Positions 1 to 13,711 are shown, numbered from the stretch's first letter. The stretch: DNA of 64,000 nucleotides from an uncultured Erysipelotrichaceae bacterium (GCA_902789425.1 CADANX010000001.1:80206-144205); one strand, 5' to 3'. Numbers and translations: made by a program. The notes: generated from the sequence alone by a model not told the origin.

Positions 1-1
1 A

Positions 2-786
<785 letters not shown>

Positions 787-787
<1 letters not shown>

Positions 788-3700
788 TGGATGCTAATAA
801 ATTTGATGGAATAAAAATATCTATTGCTTCGCCTGAAAAAATTCGTGAATGGTCATATGGTGAAGTTAAAAAACCTGAAACAATAAATTATAGAACATTA
901 AAACCTGAAAGAGATGGATTATTTTGTGAAAAAATATTCGGTCCTACTAAAGATTATGAATGTTCTTGTGGAAAATATAAAAGACTTAGATATAAAGATA
1001 TCGTATGTGATAGATGTGGAGTAGAAGTAACAAAAGCAAAAGTACGTCGTGAAAGAATGGGACATATTGAGCTTGCTACTCCTGTATCTCATATTTGGTT
1101 CTTTAAAGGTGTTCCATCTCGTATGGGACTTGTACTTGATATGTCACCAAGAGACTTAGAAGAAGTTTTATATTTCGTGTCATATGTAGTAATAGATCCA
1201 GGTAAAGCACCTCTTGAAAAGAAACAAACTTTATCTGATAAAGAATATAGAGTTTATTATGAAAAATATGGAGATGCTTTTGAAGTTGGAATGGGAGCTG
1301 AAGCTATAAAGAAACTTCTTATGGAAGTTGACTTAGATTCTGAAATCGAAAAGATTCAAAAAGAATTAGTTGATGCTCATGAACAAAAAAGAACAAGATT
1401 ATTAAAAAGATTAGATATACTTGATTCATTAAAACAATCAGGTAATAGACCAGAATGGATGATATTAGATGCAATTCCAGTTATTCCACCTGATTTAAGA
1501 CCTATGATTCAACTTGATGGTGGTAGATTTGCTACATCAGATTTAAATGATTTATATAGAAGAGTTATTAATCGTAATAATCGTTTAAAGAAATTATTAG
1601 AATTAGGTGCTCCATCTATTATTGTTCAAAATGAAAAACGTATGCTTCAAGAAGCAGTTGATGCTTTATTTGACAATGGTAGAAGAGGACGTAATGTTAC
1701 TGGTCCATCTAATAGACCACTTAAATCTTTAAGTAGTATGCTTAAAGGTAAACAAGGTAGATTTAGACAAAACTTACTTGGTAAACGTGTTGATTATTCA
1801 GGACGTTCAGTTATCGTTGTTGGTCCAAACTTAAAAATGTATCAATGCGGTATTCCAAAAGAAATGGCACTTGAATTATTTAAACCACATGTAATACGTG
1901 GACTTGTTGAAAAAGAAATAGTTCATAATATTAAATCTGCTAAAAAAATGATTGAAAATAGAGATGATAGAGTATGGGATATAGTTGAAGAAGTTATTAA
2001 AGAACATCCAGTATTACTTAACCGTGCTCCAACATTACATAGACTTGGTATTCAAGCGTTTGAACCAAAATTAATAGATGGTAAAGCTATTAGACTTCAT
2101 CCACTTGCATGTCCAGCATTTAACGCTGACTTCGATGGAGACCAAATGGCTGTACACGTACCATTAAGTGAAGAAGCAAAAGCTGAAGCTAAAATATTAA
2201 TGCTTGGTTCTGGAAACATCTTAGCACCAAGTAGTGGTAAACCAATAGTTAAACCTTCACAAGATATGATCCTTGGTAACTATTATTTAACTATGGAAAA
2301 ATCTAATGAAAATGAAGGTAGAGTATTTAAAGATTCTAATGATGCATTAATGGCATATGAAAGAAGAGAAGTTGATTTACATACAAGAATAGCTATTCCA
2401 GTAAATTCATTTACTCATAAATTATTCTTAGATTCGCAAAAAGATAAATACTTAGTTACTACTGTTGGTAAACTTAAATTTAATGAAATATTACCAGATT
2501 CTTATCAATATATTAATGAAGGATCTAAAGAAAATATAGAAAAAATGACACCTAAGAAATTCTTTATTCCTATGGGTGAAAATATTCCTGAATATATCAA
2601 GAATATGCCATTAACTGAACCAATTCCAAAAGGTGGACTTGTTGATTTAATTGCACAAATATTTAAAAGATATAAAACAGGTGAAACTTCTGTTATGCTT
2701 GATAGATTAAAAGATTTAGGATTTAAATATTCTACAATTTCTGGTATTACTATGTCTGCATTTGATGTTATGACTAGTGAAAAGAAAGATGAAATTATAG
2801 CAGAAGGTAAAAAGAAAGTTGCTCAAATTACTAAGCAATATAATAGAGGTCTTATTACTGATAATGAAAGATATGAAAAAGTTCTAGAAGTATGGAATGA
2901 GGTTAATGATGAAATACAAAAAGAACTTGGTGAAATAGCTAAAAGTAATCCAGATAATGATGTATTCATCATGATGAATTCTGGTGCGCGTGGTAGTATG
3001 GGACAATTTAGTCAATTAGCTGGTATGCGTGGACTTATGGCAAAACCAAATGGTATGACAGTGGAAATACCTATAACATCTTCATTTAAAGATGGACTTA
3101 CAGTTTCTGAGTACTTCTTATCAACACATGGTACTCGTAAAGGTAACGTTGATACAGCGCTTAAAACAGCTAACTCTGGTTACTTAACAAGACGTTTAGT
3201 TGACGTTGTACAAGACGTTATAGTAAAAGAAGAAGATTGTGGAACAATTCAAGGTGTTATCGTTAAAGCATTTATTAATGATAAGGACGGTAGTGTTATT
3301 GAACCATTATCTGATAGAATTATTGGTAGATATACTAATAAGAAAATTGTTGATCCAAAAACTAAAGAATTAATAGTTGATAAAAACGAATTTATTACTG
3401 AGCAAATAGCTAGCAAAATTATTGCAGCAGGTATAGATGCTGTTGAAATTAGAACTACACTAACTTGTAAAACTCAAGATGGTGTATGTCAAAAATGTTA
3501 TGGACGTAACCTTGCAACTAGTGCTCCAGTTGAAATTGGTGAAGCTGTTGGTATTATGGCTGCTCAATCAATTGGTGAACCAGGTACACAATTAACAATG
3601 CGTACATTCCACAGTGGTGGTGTTGCATCTGGTGAAGATATTACACAAGGTCTTCCTCGTGTTGAAGAGTTATTTGAAGCTCGTAATCCAAAAGTTAAAT

Positions 3701-4413
3701 CAACAGTAGCTGAAATAGCTGGTAAGATTACAAATATTGAAGATCAAAATGGTAAATTTAAAATAACAATTGTTAACGATAAAGAATCAAGAGAACAAAC
3801 AACTAATTATGGTGTTAAACTTCGTGTTAAAGTAGGTGATGAAGTTAAACCTGGTGATATGCTAAATGAAGGTGCTATTTCACCAAAAGAATTACTTGCT
3901 GTAACAGATCCAATAACAGTTCAATCATACATTGTACAAGAAGTACAAAAAGTATATCGTTCTCAAGGTGTTGATATCGATGACAAACATATCGAAATGA
4001 TCGTTAGAAAAATGATTGCTAGAATGAGAATTACTGATTGTGGTGATACTAACTTACTTAACGGTAAAGTTGTTTCATTACATGAATTTAGAGAAGTTAA
4101 TAAAAAAGCACTTCTAGAAGGTAAAAAGCCTGCTACTGCAAGACCAATACTTCTTGGTATTACAAAAGCAGCTCTTGAAACTGATTCATTCTTATCTGCT
4201 GCATCATTCCAAGAAACTACTAGAGTTCTTACTGATGCATCAATTAAAGGTAAAGTTGATGAACTTAAAGGTTTAAAAGAAAACGTAATAATCGGTAAAT
4301 TAATTCCAGCAGGTACTGGATTAAAGAGATATTCAAATGTAGATTTTTCTCTAGATAATGATTATTTTGATGAAGAACCATTAGACGTTTTAGAAGAAGA
4401 GTTAATTGATTAA
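787..4413 (+). CDS. rpoC: DNA-directed RNA polymerase beta' subunit
   Basis: 1208 aa. It has the catalytic motif '[14 protein letters not shown]', an N-terminal zinc motif 'CSCGKYK...CDRCGVEV', and the trigger-loop/bridge-helix regions. Confidence 0.97.
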
Positions 4414-4426
4414 TTCTTCTTTTTTT
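4392..4426 (+). terminator. Rho-independent terminator candidate after rpoC
   Basis: A 7-bp stem pairs agaagaa (4392-4398) with ttcttct (4414-4420), followed by a T-run at 4421-4426. The loop is long (15 nt) and spans the stop codon. Confidence 0.45.
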
Positions 4427-4461
4427 ATGCTTTTATTTGTGATATAATACTCACGAAAGGA

Positions 4462-5805
4462 ATGAGGTGTATGAACAAGTCAATTAAGTTTATTAATAAC
4501 TATTTAAATGATAATGATACAGTTATTTGTGCTTGCTCTGGTGGACCAGATTCTATGGTATTAATTAATCTATTAATTGATGTTAGAAAAGAAAAAAATA
4601 TTAATATTATATGTGCTCATGCAAATCATTCTTTAAGAAAAGAAAGTGATGAAGAGTATATATTTGTAAATGATTTTTGTAAAAATAATAATATTACTTT
4701 CGAAGGTACTAAATTTAGTAATTATAATAATGAAAATATTGAAAGTGCAGCAAGAAAAAAGAGATATTCTTTCTTTGATGAGTTAGCTATTAAATATAAT
4801 GCTAAATATTTATTTACTGCACATCATGGTGATGATTTAGTAGAAACTATACTTATGAAAATAACTAGAGGATCTAACATTGATAGTTTAATTGGTTTTG
4901 ATTTTGAATTAAAAAAGGATAATTATACCATTTTAAGACCACTTGTTTTTTATACTAAATCAGAAATAATAGATTATGCTAAAGAAAAAAATATTGAATT
5001 TAGAGTAGATCAAACTAATTTCGACAAAAAGTATACTCGAAATAGATATAGAATGAATATATTACCTTTACTTAAAGAGGAAGATAAAAATATACATTTA
5101 AAATACTTAAAGATAAGCAATGAATTAAAAGAGAATAATAACTTTATTAATAACTATGTAAATAAGAAATATGAAGAAATAGTTACAAATAATATGGTTA
5201 ATTTAGAATTATTATTAAATGAAGATGATTTTATTATAAAAAAGATTGTTTATAATTATTTAAAAAATATTTATAAAGATAATATATTTTATATAGAATC
5301 TAAACATATTAATAATATACTTGAAATAATTAAAAATAATAAAGTAAATAGTAATATTGATTTACCAAACAATATTACTTTAATAAAGAAATATGACTAT
5401 TTAACACTAAAAGATGATACTAATAATTCTGATTACAAGATAGAACTTATTGATGAAGTAAAGGTAAATGATGGGGTAATAAAAAAAGTAGATGAAACTA
5501 AACTTTCTAATAATTATGTTTGTTTTTTAGATAGTAAAAGAATTAAATTACCACTTTATATTAGAAATAAAAAAGATGGTGATAGAATTACTTTACTTGG
5601 ATTAAATAAATCTAAAAAGATTAAAGATATATTTATAGATGAGAAAGTTGATATTGAAAAAAGAGATAAATATCCAGTATTGGTTGATTCAGAAGATAAT
5701 ATATTATGGCTTCCTGGATTAAAAAAATCTAATTATGATGAGATAAAAACAGGAAAGTATGATATAATATTATGGTATGAAAAAGGAGAAGGCGAAAATG
5801 AGTAA
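4462..5805 (+). CDS. tilS: tRNA(Ile)-lysidine synthase
   Basis: PP-loop motif 'CACSGGPDSMVL' and the TilS-type C-terminal domain are present. The gene sits upstream of ftsH as in many Firmicutes. The start is ambiguous between the ATG at 4462 and the ATG at 4471. Confidence 0.85.
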   Translation: MRCMNKSIKFINNYLNDNDTVICACSGGPDSMVLINLLIDVRKEKNINIICAHANHSLRKESDEEYIFVNDFCKNNNITFEGTKFSNYNNENIESAARKKRYSFFDELAIKYNAKYLFTAHHGDDLVETILMKITRGSNIDSLIGFDFELKKDNYTILRPLVFYTKSEIIDYAKEKNIEFRVDQTNFDKKYTRNRYRMNILPLLKEEDKNIHLKYLKISNELKENNNFINNYVNKKYEEIVTNNMVNLELLLNEDDFIIKKIVYNYLKNIYKDNIFYIESKHINNILEIIKNNKVNSNIDLPNNITLIKKYDYLTLKDDTNNSDYKIELIDEVKVNDGVIKKVDETKLSNNYVCFLDSKRIKLPLYIRNKKDGDRITLLGLNKSKKIKDIFIDEKVDIEKRDKYPVLVDSEDNILWLPGLKKSNYDEIKTGKYDIILWYEKGEGENE

Positions 5806-7702
5806 TAAAACAAAAAGAAGTATAAGTCCATATATAGCATTAATTTTTATAATTGCTGTTGTATATTTTGTATCAAGTGTTTTAACACCTAGTTCTACTC
5901 AACTAACATATAGTGAATTTAAAAAAGAACTAAAAAATAATAATGTTAAAACTGTAGAAATATCTCCAAATTCAAAAGGAGCTACATATGATATTCAAGG
6001 TGAATTAAAAAGTTCAAAAGATAATAAAGCATATTATGTTGTTGCACCATTAAGTGATGATACTATTGATTACATTAGTAATATGCAACAAAAAAATAAC
6101 TTTAAGATGATTGTATCTGCTGATCCAACTACTAGTTTTTGGGTTGAATTCTTTATTAATGTTGTCCCTTATTTAATTATAGGTGGATTCTTAATTTGGT
6201 TATTTAGTAAACAACTTGGTAATAATAGTAAGTCAATGGACTTTGGAAAAAGTAGAGCAAGACTTAATGATGACAAAGATAAAAAGACTTTTAAATCAGT
6301 CGCTGGTTTAGATGAAGAAAAAGAAGAATTAACAGAACTTGTTGATTTCTTAAAAAATCCAAAGAAATTCACTGCAATGGGTGCTAGAATTCCAAAAGGA
6401 GTTCTATTGGTTGGTAATCCTGGTACAGGTAAAACATTACTTGCAAAAGCTATTGCAGGTGAAGCTAATGTTCCATTTTATTTTATAAGTGGTTCTGATT
6501 TTGTAGAATTATTTGTTGGTATTGGTGCATCTCGTGTTAGAGATATGTTTAAACAAGCAAAACAAAATGCTCCATGTTTAATATTTATTGATGAAATAGA
6601 TGCTGTTGGTCGTCAAAGAGGAACAGGTCTTGGTGGTGGCCATGATGAAAGAGAACAAACATTAAATCAATTATTAACTGAAATGGATGGTTTTGGTACT
6701 AATGAAGGAATAATTATAATTGCTGCAACTAATAGACCAGATGTACTAGATCCTGCATTATTAAGACCAGGTAGATTTGATAGACAAATTACCGTAGGTT
6801 TACCTGATGTTAAAGGGAGAAAAGAAATACTTAAAGTACATGCTGAAAATAAAAAATTCGCTAAAAGCGTTACTTTAGAAAATATTGCTAGAAGAACAGT
6901 AGGTTTTTCTGGTGCTGATCTTGAAAATTTATTAAATGAAGCAGCATTACTTGCTGTTAGAAGAGATAAAGATAAAATCACTATGAGTGAACTTGATGAA
7001 GCATATGATAGAGTTATTATGGGACCTGCTAAAAAATCTCATCAGTATACTGAAAAAGAAAGAAAAGTAGTTGCATATCATGAAGCAGGACATGCTGTTG
7101 TTGGTATTAAACTTGATGGTGCAAATGATGTACAAAAAATTACTATAGTACCAAGAGGTGCTGCAGGTGGATATAATTTAATGCTTCCAAAAGAAGAAAA
7201 GTATCTTGCAACTAAGGAAGAATTATTAGATCAAATAAGTGGATATCTTGGAGGTAGAATTGCCGAAGAAATTACATTTGGTGAAGTTACTACTGGAGCT
7301 CAAAACGATTTTGAAAAAGCAACTCATATTGCTAGATCTATGGTTACTGAATATGGTATGAGTGATCTTGGACCAGTTACTTTTGAACATCAAGAATCTA
7401 ATGTATTCTTAGGAAGAGATTATAATAAGAGTAAAAACTTCTCAGGCCAAATAGCATATCAAATAGATGAAGAAATAAGAAAAATTATTTCTAAGCAATA
7501 TGATATAACTAAGAAAATAATAAAAGAAAATAAAGCATTATTAAAATTAATAGCAGAAGCTTTATTAGAAAAAGAAACAATTACAAAAGAAGAAATAGAT
7601 TTCTTAGTTAAGAATGGAAAACTTCCTACTGAAGAAGAATTAAAAGAATGGGAAGAAAAACAAGATAAAAAAGAAGAAAAAGTAAAAAAAGAAGACAAAT
7701 AA
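5798..7702 (+). CDS. ftsH: ATP-dependent zinc metalloprotease FtsH
   Basis: It has an N-terminal TM segment, AAA+ Walker A '[13 protein letters not shown]', Walker B 'IIFIDEIDA'-type sequence, and the zinc motif 'HEAGHA'. I moved the start to the ATG at 5798, behind the RBS aaaggagaagg. This overlaps the tilS stop. Confidence 0.95.
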   Translation: MSNKTKRSISPYIALIFIIAVVYFVSSVLTPSSTQLTYSEFKKELKNNNVKTVEISPNSKGATYDIQGELKSSKDNKAYYVVAPLSDDTIDYISNMQQKNNFKMIVSADPTTSFWVEFFINVVPYLIIGGFLIWLFSKQLGNNSKSMDFGKSRARLNDDKDKKTFKSVAGLDEEKEELTELVDFLKNPKKFTAMGARIPKGVLLVGNPGTGKTLLAKAIAGEANVPFYFISGSDFVELFVGIGASRVRDMFKQAKQNAPCLIFIDEIDAVGRQRGTGLGGGHDEREQTLNQLLTEMDGFGTNEGIIIIAATNRPDVLDPALLRPGRFDRQITVGLPDVKGRKEILKVHAENKKFAKSVTLENIARRTVGFSGADLENLLNEAALLAVRRDKDKITMSELDEAYDRVIMGPAKKSHQYTEKERKVVAYHEAGHAVVGIKLDGANDVQKITIVPRGAAGGYNLMLPKEEKYLATKEELLDQISGYLGGRIAEEITFGEVTTGAQNDFEKATHIARSMVTEYGMSDLGPVTFEHQESNVFLGRDYNKSKNFSGQIAYQIDEEIRKIISKQYDITKKIIKENKALLKLIAEALLEKETITKEEIDFLVKNGKLPTEEELKEWEEKQDKKEEKVKKEDK

Positions 7703-7724
7703 TGTAAATTGTTTGTCTTTTATA
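7692..7724 (+). terminator. terminator candidate after ftsH
   Basis: An 8-bp stem pairs aagacaaa (7692-7699) with tttgtctt (7712-7719). The following tract is T-rich. Confidence 0.4.
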
Positions 7725-7773
7725 TTGCTAGTCACATATATTAATAGTATAGTTAAGAAAAGAGGTGTACTTT

Positions 7774-7974
7774 ATGAAAGAAGAAAAAGAAAAAGTTAAT
7801 AAAACCGATTTTAAACCTGATATTAAACCAATAACTTCAACTGATGATTTAACATTAGAACAAATTAAAAGTAGAATTCAAAGAATGAATTATGAAATTG
7901 AATTACTTAGAAGAAAACAAGAAGAATTAGAAAAATTAACTAAGTATGGAAGAATAAAAATGGGAAGTAAATAA
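7774..7974 (+). CDS. small hypothetical coiled-coil protein
   Basis: RBS aaagagg lies 8 nt upstream of the ATG at 7774. The product is a charged, helical 66-aa protein with no recognisable family. Confidence 0.35.
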   Translation: MKEEKEKVNKTDFKPDIKPITSTDDLTLEQIKSRIQRMNYEIELLRRKQEELEKLTKYGRIKMGSK

Positions 7975-7999
7975 AAAACTTCTTTTTTTAATAAAATCA

Positions 8000-8029
8000 T
8001 TGACATTTTATAGAAAAAAATGTTATATT
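8000..8029 (+). promoter_or_regulatory. sigma-A type promoter candidate for the str operon
   Basis: TTGACA at 8000-8005 is followed by an extended -10, 'tgtTATATT' (TG at 8021-8022, hexamer at 8024-8029). Confidence 0.5.
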
Positions 8030-8125
8030 ATATATGCTGATAAATTATGTTTTGCAATAATGCAAAGCATTTAATTTATAACAAATAAGAAACACCAGGT
8101 TGTGTGTAAAGAAAGGAGTAGAAAA

Positions 8126-8536
8126 ATGCCTACAATTAATCAAATCAGAAGAAAAGGAAGAGAAGACAAGAAGAAAAAGAGTAAATCTCCAGTTTTAAAT
8201 GTTAGATTAAATAGTTTAACTAAAAAAACAACTGAAGTTCCATCACCACAAAAACGTGGAGTATGTACTCGTGTTGGTACTAAGACACCTAAGAAACCAA
8301 ACTCAGCATTACGTAAGTATGCTCGTGTAAGATTAAGTAATGGTAGAGAAATAGATGCTTATATACCAGGAGAAGGACATAACTTACAAGAACACAGTGT
8401 TGTACTTGTACGTGGCGGACGTGTTAAAGACCTTATCGGTGTAAGATATCACATCATTAGAGGTACACTTGATACAGCAGGTGTAGACGGAAGAAAAAAA
8501 GGTCGTTCTAAATACGGTGCTAAAAAAGGTAAATAA
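8126..8536 (+). CDS. rpsL: 30S ribosomal protein S12
   Basis: 'MPTINQ...[30 protein letters not shown]...[13 protein letters not shown]'. The start is set at the ATG at 8126, behind the RBS aaaggag. The usual Pro of the KDLPGVRY motif is replaced by Ile (codon 8435-8437). Confidence 0.95.
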   Translation: MPTINQIRRKGREDKKKKSKSPVLNVRLNSLTKKTTEVPSPQKRGVCTRVGTKTPKKPNSALRKYARVRLSNGREIDAYIPGEGHNLQEHSVVLVRGGRVKDLIGVRYHIIRGTLDTAGVDGRKKGRSKYGAKKGK

Positions 8537-8556
8537 TTTTTAGAAAGGAGATAACA

Positions 8557-9024
8557 ATGAGAAAAAGACAAGCAGTAAAAAGAGATGTATTAGCAGATCC
8601 AGTTTATAATTCAAAAGTAATTACTAAATTAGTAAATCAAATTATGATTGATGGTAAACGTGGTAAAGCTCAAAAAATAGTTTATAGTGCTTTTGACATG
8701 ATACAAGAAAAAACTAATGAAAATCCATTAGATGTATTTAACAAAGGACTTGAAAATATAACACCTGCTCTAGAACTTAAATCAAGAAGAGTTGGTGGAT
8801 CAAACTATTCAGTACCAGTTGAAGTTGACCCAGTAAGAGCTCAAGCATTAGCACTTCGTTGGTTAACAAACGCATCTAGAAGTAGAGGTGGACGTTCTAT
8901 GTCAGAAAAATTATGTAACGAAATTATAGATGCATCAAAAGAAACAGGGGCAGCATTTAAGAAAAAAGAAGATACACATAAAATGGCAGAAGCTAATAAA
9001 GCATTTGCTCATTATAGATGGTAA
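8557..9024 (+). CDS. rpsG: 30S ribosomal protein S7
   Basis: 155 aa. It contains '[26 protein letters not shown]' and ends in 'AFAHYRW'. Confidence 0.95.
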   Translation: MRKRQAVKRDVLADPVYNSKVITKLVNQIMIDGKRGKAQKIVYSAFDMIQEKTNENPLDVFNKGLENITPALELKSRRVGGSNYSVPVEVDPVRAQALALRWLTNASRSRGGRSMSEKLCNEIIDASKETGAAFKKKEDTHKMAEANKAFAHYRW

Positions 9025-9039
9025 GAAAGGATTTAAATT

Positions 9040-11112
9040 ATGGCTCGTGAATATACATTAGAGAAAACAAGAAACTTTGGAATAATGGCTCATATAGATG
9101 CTGGTAAAACAACAACTACTGAGCGTATATTATTCTTAACACATAGAATCCACAAAATTGGTGAAACACATGAAGGTGCTTCACAAATGGACTGGATGGA
9201 TCAAGAAAAAGAAAGAGGTATCACAATTACATCAGCAGCTACTACTGCATTCTGGAAAGAACACAGATTAAACATTATCGATACACCAGGTCACGTAGAC
9301 TTCACAGTTGAAGTTTCTCGTAGCTTACGTGTATTAGATGGTGCTGTTGCATTATTAGATGCTCAAGCTGGTGTTGAACCACAAACTGAAACAGTTTGGA
9401 GACAAGCATCAGAATTTAAAGTACCTCGTATAATATTTGCAAATAAAATGGATAAAGTTGGTGTTGATTTCAACTTTACATTAAAAACAATTCAAGAAAG
9501 ATTAGGTGTTAATTTTAAACCTATTCAATGGCCTATTGGTGCTGGTGATGAATTTAGTGGTGTTGTTGATTTATTAACATTAAAAGCATATCACTTCGAA
9601 GGTAACGATAATGAAGACGTTACTGAAATCGAAATCCCAGCTGATTTAAAAGATTTAGTTGAAGAAAAACATGCAGACTTAATTGATGCAGTTGCTGAAT
9701 TCGACGATGAAATCATGGAAAAATATTTAGATGGAGCAGAATTAACTCTAGATGAAATCAAAAAATGTATAAGAAAAGGAACACTTGCAGCTGAATTCTT
9801 CCCAGTAATGTGCGGAACAGCATTTAAACATATGGGTGTTACATTCTTACTAGATGCAGTTATTGATTACTTACCATCTCCAGTTGATGTACCTTCAATT
9901 AAAGGAACTGATTTAAGTGGTAACCCAATTGAAAGACATCCATCTGATAACGAACCATTTAGTGCTTTAGCATTTAAAGTAATGACAGACCCATTTGTTG
10001 GTAAATTAACATTCTTCAGAGTTTACTCTGGTAAATTACAAAGTGGTTCTTATGTACTTAACTCAAGTAAAGACACTAAAGAAAGAGTAGGAAGAATTCT
10101 ACAAATGCATGCTAATACAAGAACTGAAATAAACGATGTTTATACTGGTGATATAGCTGCAGCTGTAGGTTTAAAAAATACTACTACAGGAAATACATTA
10201 TGTGATGAAAAACATCCATGTATTCTTGAATCTATGGAATTCCCAGATCCAGTTATCGAACTTACAGTTGAACCAAAATCTAAAGCAGATCAAGAAAAGA
10301 TGGGATTAGCTCTTCAAAAACTTGCTGAAGAAGATCCAACTTTCAAAGCTTCAACTAACCAAGAAACTGGACAAACAATAATAGCTGGTATGGGTGAACT
10401 TCACTTAGATATTATTGTTGATAGATTAAAAAGAGAATTTAACGTTGAATGTAACGTTGGTGCTCCACAAGTTGCTTATAGAGAAACATTAACTCAAGCA
10501 GGTGATTGTGAAGGTAAATACATTAAACAATCAGGTGGACGTGGTCAATATGGACATGTTGTTGTTAAATTCGAACCAAATCCTGGTAAAGGATATGAAT
10601 TCGTTGATGAAATCGTTGGTGGTGTTGTTCCTCGTGAATATATACCAGTTACTGATAAGGGATTACAAGAAGCTATGGAAACAGGTGTTCTTGCTGGATT
10701 CCCAATGATAGATGTAAAAGCTACTTTATTTGATGGATCATACCATGATGTTGACTCATCAGAAATGGCATTCAAAATTGCAGCATCTATGGCTTTAAAA
10801 GAAGCTAAAAATAAATGTAAACCAGTATTACTAGAACCTATTATGGATGTTTCAATAACAGTTCCTGAAGAATATTTAGGTAACGTAATGGGTGATATAA
10901 CTGCAAGAAGAGGTAAACCAATGGGACAAGAAGCTATCGGAAATGCTTTAAGAATCTCAGCTATGGTACCACTTTCTGAAATGTTTGGTTATGTTACAAC
11001 ATTAAGAAGTAATACACAAGGTCGTGGAACATATCAAATGACATTTGATCATTATGAAGAAGTTCCTAAGAATATCACTGAAGAAATAGTATCAAAAAGT
11101 GGTAAAAATTAA
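9040..11112 (+). CDS. fusA: translation elongation factor G
   Basis: 690 aa with G-domain motifs 'AHIDAGKTT', 'DTPGHVDF' and 'NKMD'. It occupies the expected str-operon position. Confidence 0.97.
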   Translation: MAREYTLEKTRNFGIMAHIDAGKTTTTERILFLTHRIHKIGETHEGASQMDWMDQEKERGITITSAATTAFWKEHRLNIIDTPGHVDFTVEVSRSLRVLDGAVALLDAQAGVEPQTETVWRQASEFKVPRIIFANKMDKVGVDFNFTLKTIQERLGVNFKPIQWPIGAGDEFSGVVDLLTLKAYHFEGNDNEDVTEIEIPADLKDLVEEKHADLIDAVAEFDDEIMEKYLDGAELTLDEIKKCIRKGTLAAEFFPVMCGTAFKHMGVTFLLDAVIDYLPSPVDVPSIKGTDLSGNPIERHPSDNEPFSALAFKVMTDPFVGKLTFFRVYSGKLQSGSYVLNSSKDTKERVGRILQMHANTRTEINDVYTGDIAAAVGLKNTTTGNTLCDEKHPCILESMEFPDPVIELTVEPKSKADQEKMGLALQKLAEEDPTFKASTNQETGQTIIAGMGELHLDIIVDRLKREFNVECNVGAPQVAYRETLTQAGDCEGKYIKQSGGRGQYGHVVVKFEPNPGKGYEFVDEIVGGVVPREYIPVTDKGLQEAMETGVLAGFPMIDVKATLFDGSYHDVDSSEMAFKIAASMALKEAKNKCKPVLLEPIMDVSITVPEEYLGNVMGDITARRGKPMGQEAIGNALRISAMVPLSEMFGYVTTLRSNTQGRGTYQMTFDHYEEVPKNITEEIVSKSGKN

Positions 11113-11131
11113 GATAAAATTTGAATAACAC

Positions 11132-11160
11132 TTGATATTTTTCAATAAATTAGATAAAAT
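11132..11160 (+). promoter_or_regulatory. possible internal promoter upstream of tuf
   Basis: TTGATA (11132-11137), a 17-nt spacer, then TAAAAT (11155-11160), in the fusA-tuf spacer. Confidence 0.3.
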
Positions 11161-11193
11161 AATTTTGTACATTAAAAAAGGAGGAAATTTAAA

Positions 11194-12378
11194 ATGGCAA
11201 AAGAAAAATTTGATCGTTCTAAACCTCATGTTAATATTGGTACTATTGGTCACGTTGACCACGGTAAAACAACTTTAACAGCAGCTATCACTAAAGTACA
11301 AGCTGATAAAGGTTTAGCAAAATTTGAAGGTTATGAGGATATTGATAAAGCCCCAGAAGAAAGAGAAAGAGGTATTACTATCAATACTGCTCACGTTGAG
11401 TATGAAACTGAAAAACGTCACTATGCACACGTTGACTGTCCAGGCCATGCTGACTATGTAAAAAACATGATCACTGGTGCTGCACAAATGGATGGTGCAA
11501 TCCTTGTTATTTCAGCTACTGACGGAGCTATGGCTCAAACTACAGAACACATCTTACTTGCTCACCAAGTTGGTGTTCCAAGAATAGTTGTATTCATCAA
11601 CAAATGTGATATGGTTGATGATCAAGAAATGTTAGATCTAATTGAAATGGATGTTAGAGAATTATTAACTAAATATGGTTATGATGGAGATAACACACCA
11701 TTCATATATGGTTCTGCATTAAAAGCACTTGAAGGAGATCCTGAATATGTTGCTAAAATCGACGAATTAATGAATGCAGTTGATGAATATATTCCAACTC
11801 CAACAAGAGACGTTGACAAACCATTCTTAATGAGTATTGAAGACGTATTTACAATCACAGGTCGTGGAACTGTTGTTACAGGACGTGTTGAAAGAGGACA
11901 ATTAAATCTTAACGATGAAGTAGAAATCGTTGGACTTAAAGAAACTAAGAAAACAGTTGCAACTGGTATCGAAATGTTCAGAAAATCACTTGATTATGCT
12001 GAAGCTGGAGATAATGCTGGTGTTCTTCTTAGAGGTATTGAAAGAGATGACGTTGAAAGAGGTCAAGTTCTTGCAAAACCAGGTTCAGTTACTCCACATA
12101 CTAAGTTCGAAGCTCAAGTATATGTATTAACTAAAGAAGAAGGTGGAAGACATACTCCATTCTTCACAAACTATCGTCCACAATTCTATTTCAGAACTAC
12201 AGACGTAACTGGTGTTGTTGAATTACCAGCTGGTACAGAAATGGTTATGCCAGGTGATAACATCACAATGACAGTTGAATTAATAGCTCCAATAGCACTT
12301 GAGGAAGGTACTGAATTCTCAGTTCGTGAAGGTGGTAGAACTGTTGGTGCTGGTAAAGTTACTAAAATAATTAAATAA
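11194..12378 (+). CDS. tuf: translation elongation factor Tu
   Basis: 394 aa with '[10 protein letters not shown]', 'DCPGHADY' and 'NKCD'. A strong RBS aaaggagg is present. Confidence 0.97.
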   Translation: MAKEKFDRSKPHVNIGTIGHVDHGKTTLTAAITKVQADKGLAKFEGYEDIDKAPEERERGITINTAHVEYETEKRHYAHVDCPGHADYVKNMITGAAQMDGAILVISATDGAMAQTTEHILLAHQVGVPRIVVFINKCDMVDDQEMLDLIEMDVRELLTKYGYDGDNTPFIYGSALKALEGDPEYVAKIDELMNAVDEYIPTPTRDVDKPFLMSIEDVFTITGRGTVVTGRVERGQLNLNDEVEIVGLKETKKTVATGIEMFRKSLDYAEAGDNAGVLLRGIERDDVERGQVLAKPGSVTPHTKFEAQVYVLTKEEGGRHTPFFTNYRPQFYFRTTDVTGVVELPAGTEMVMPGDNITMTVELIAPIALEEGTEFSVREGGRTVGAGKVTKIIK

Positions 12379-12393
12379 TTATAGTTAATTGAA

Positions 12394-12421
12394 AGAGTAA
12401 ATATAATTTACTCTTTTTTTA
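12394..12421 (+). terminator. Rho-independent terminator after tuf
   Basis: An 8-bp stem pairs agagtaaa (12394-12401) with tttactct (12407-12414), followed by a T-run to 12421. Confidence 0.6.
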
Positions 12422-12445
12422 TGCACAAAAAAAGTAGAAATTATT

Positions 12446-13711
12446 CTACTTAAATACTGGCGTATCTAACCATTCTTTTATAGGTTTTATTTTAACATAA
12501 GTTTTATATTTAGCTCTATTAATAATAAGGTTAAATTCGCCTATATATTCTTCTATATTAGCGTTAAATCCAAGTTTAAATTTATTTAATCCATAATATT
12601 GACTAGTCTTTTCAAAATTACCTGTAATACCGTTTAAATGGAATCTTTTATATCCTTCATGTCTATATTTTTCAATTATTTGAAATTTCATATAATGGTT
12701 TGGACAATAATTTTTATAATCATCTTTAAATCCATCTATTAAGAAGAATATTTCATTATTATATTTAATTATTAAACATGCACCAATAATTATTCCAGAT
12801 GGATATTCTTTATATAAATTTGTTGCATTTATTATATTTTGTTTATACACATTTAATAATGAATCAGATTGCATTTTTCTTTTAATAATATTTGATGTAT
12901 TATTACTATTTATGTTTTCTTCAAGTTCTTCATTTATTAAATTATTATTTCTTTCTTCTTTTTCAAATAATTCCTTGCTTTCTTTTACATACTTAGCTGT
13001 ATTAATATTTGCAAAATAGATTTCAACCATATCTTTTTTACCCATTATTTCATACATATCTAAGTAATAATTAAGTTTTCTTGTATTTCTTTTGCTTACA
13101 AGTGAATAGAATTCTTTTATATTTTCAGGATTTCCTTTTACTATTTCTATTCCTCTTTTTTCAGCTTTTCTAATTTTATTTCTTATTTCTTTACTATATT
13201 TAAAAAATAATGTATCAGTTTCGTCTGTTGTAATAACTGCATTCCATCTAGGTTTCATATTTTCAAAATATAAATTAAAACCTGTGTGTTCATAACCAAG
13301 AGATTTTAAATTTTCAATAATTGGTGTATTATCAATACCATTAATTATTTCACCATTATTTTGTCTGCTTTTATAAATAACATATGGATCTAGTTTTACA
13401 AACATGAAATTTCTCATTTTTAAGTATTCTTTAAGACCATCAGTGAATTCTCTTACTAATTCATTATTATGAAAATCAATTAAAAAGCCTCTTGGGCAAT
13501 AACCCCATTTATAACCAATAAAAACCTTATTAACAAGTATTAATGTTGCTGCGATTATGGTATTAGTACTATCTTTAAGTGCTAAGTAATAATCATCAAA
13601 ATTGTGTCTGTCCATAAGCATACCATATTCAACTGTTTGGTAAAAGTTTTTATATGGAGATGACTTAGCAAATTCATCAAATTCTTGTTCAGTAATTTGT
13701 ACTATAGCCAT
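12446..13711 (-). CDS. FemAB-family aminoacyltransferase (peptidoglycan interpeptide-bridge formation, tRNA-dependent)
   Basis: 421 aa. It has an N-terminal 'FYQTVEYGMLM...WGYCPRGFLIDF' segment, a central Asn/Glu-rich helical arm, and a C-terminal GNAT-like half ('HLNGITGNF'). This is the typical FemA/FemX/MurM layout. Confidence 0.7.
   Translation of the reverse strand: MAIVQITEQEFDEFAKSSPYKNFYQTVEYGMLMDRHNFDDYYLALKDSTNTIIAATLILVNKVFIGYKWGYCPRGFLIDFHNNELVREFTDGLKEYLKMRNFMFVKLDPYVIYKSRQNNGEIINGIDNTPIIENLKSLGYEHTGFNLYFENMKPRWNAVITTDETDTLFFKYSKEIRNKIRKAEKRGIEIVKGNPENIKEFYSLVSKRNTRKLNYYLDMYEIMGKKDMVEIYFANINTAKYVKESKELFEKEERNNNLINEELEENINSNNTSNIIKRKMQSDSLLNVYKQNIINATNLYKEYPSGIIIGACLIIKYNNEIFFLIDGFKDDYKNYCPNHYMKFQIIEKYRHEGYKRFHLNGITGNFEKTSQYYGLNKFKLGFNANIEEYIGEFNLIINRAKYKTYVKIKPIKEWLDTPVFK

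Noticed and set aside
12446-13711. I considered whether the Asn/Glu-rich insertion in the chromosomal FemAB-family protein is an anomaly.
   Set aside because: FemA/FemX-type enzymes normally contain a helical coiled-coil arm between the two GNAT-like halves. The insertion is in that position and is simply compositionally biased.
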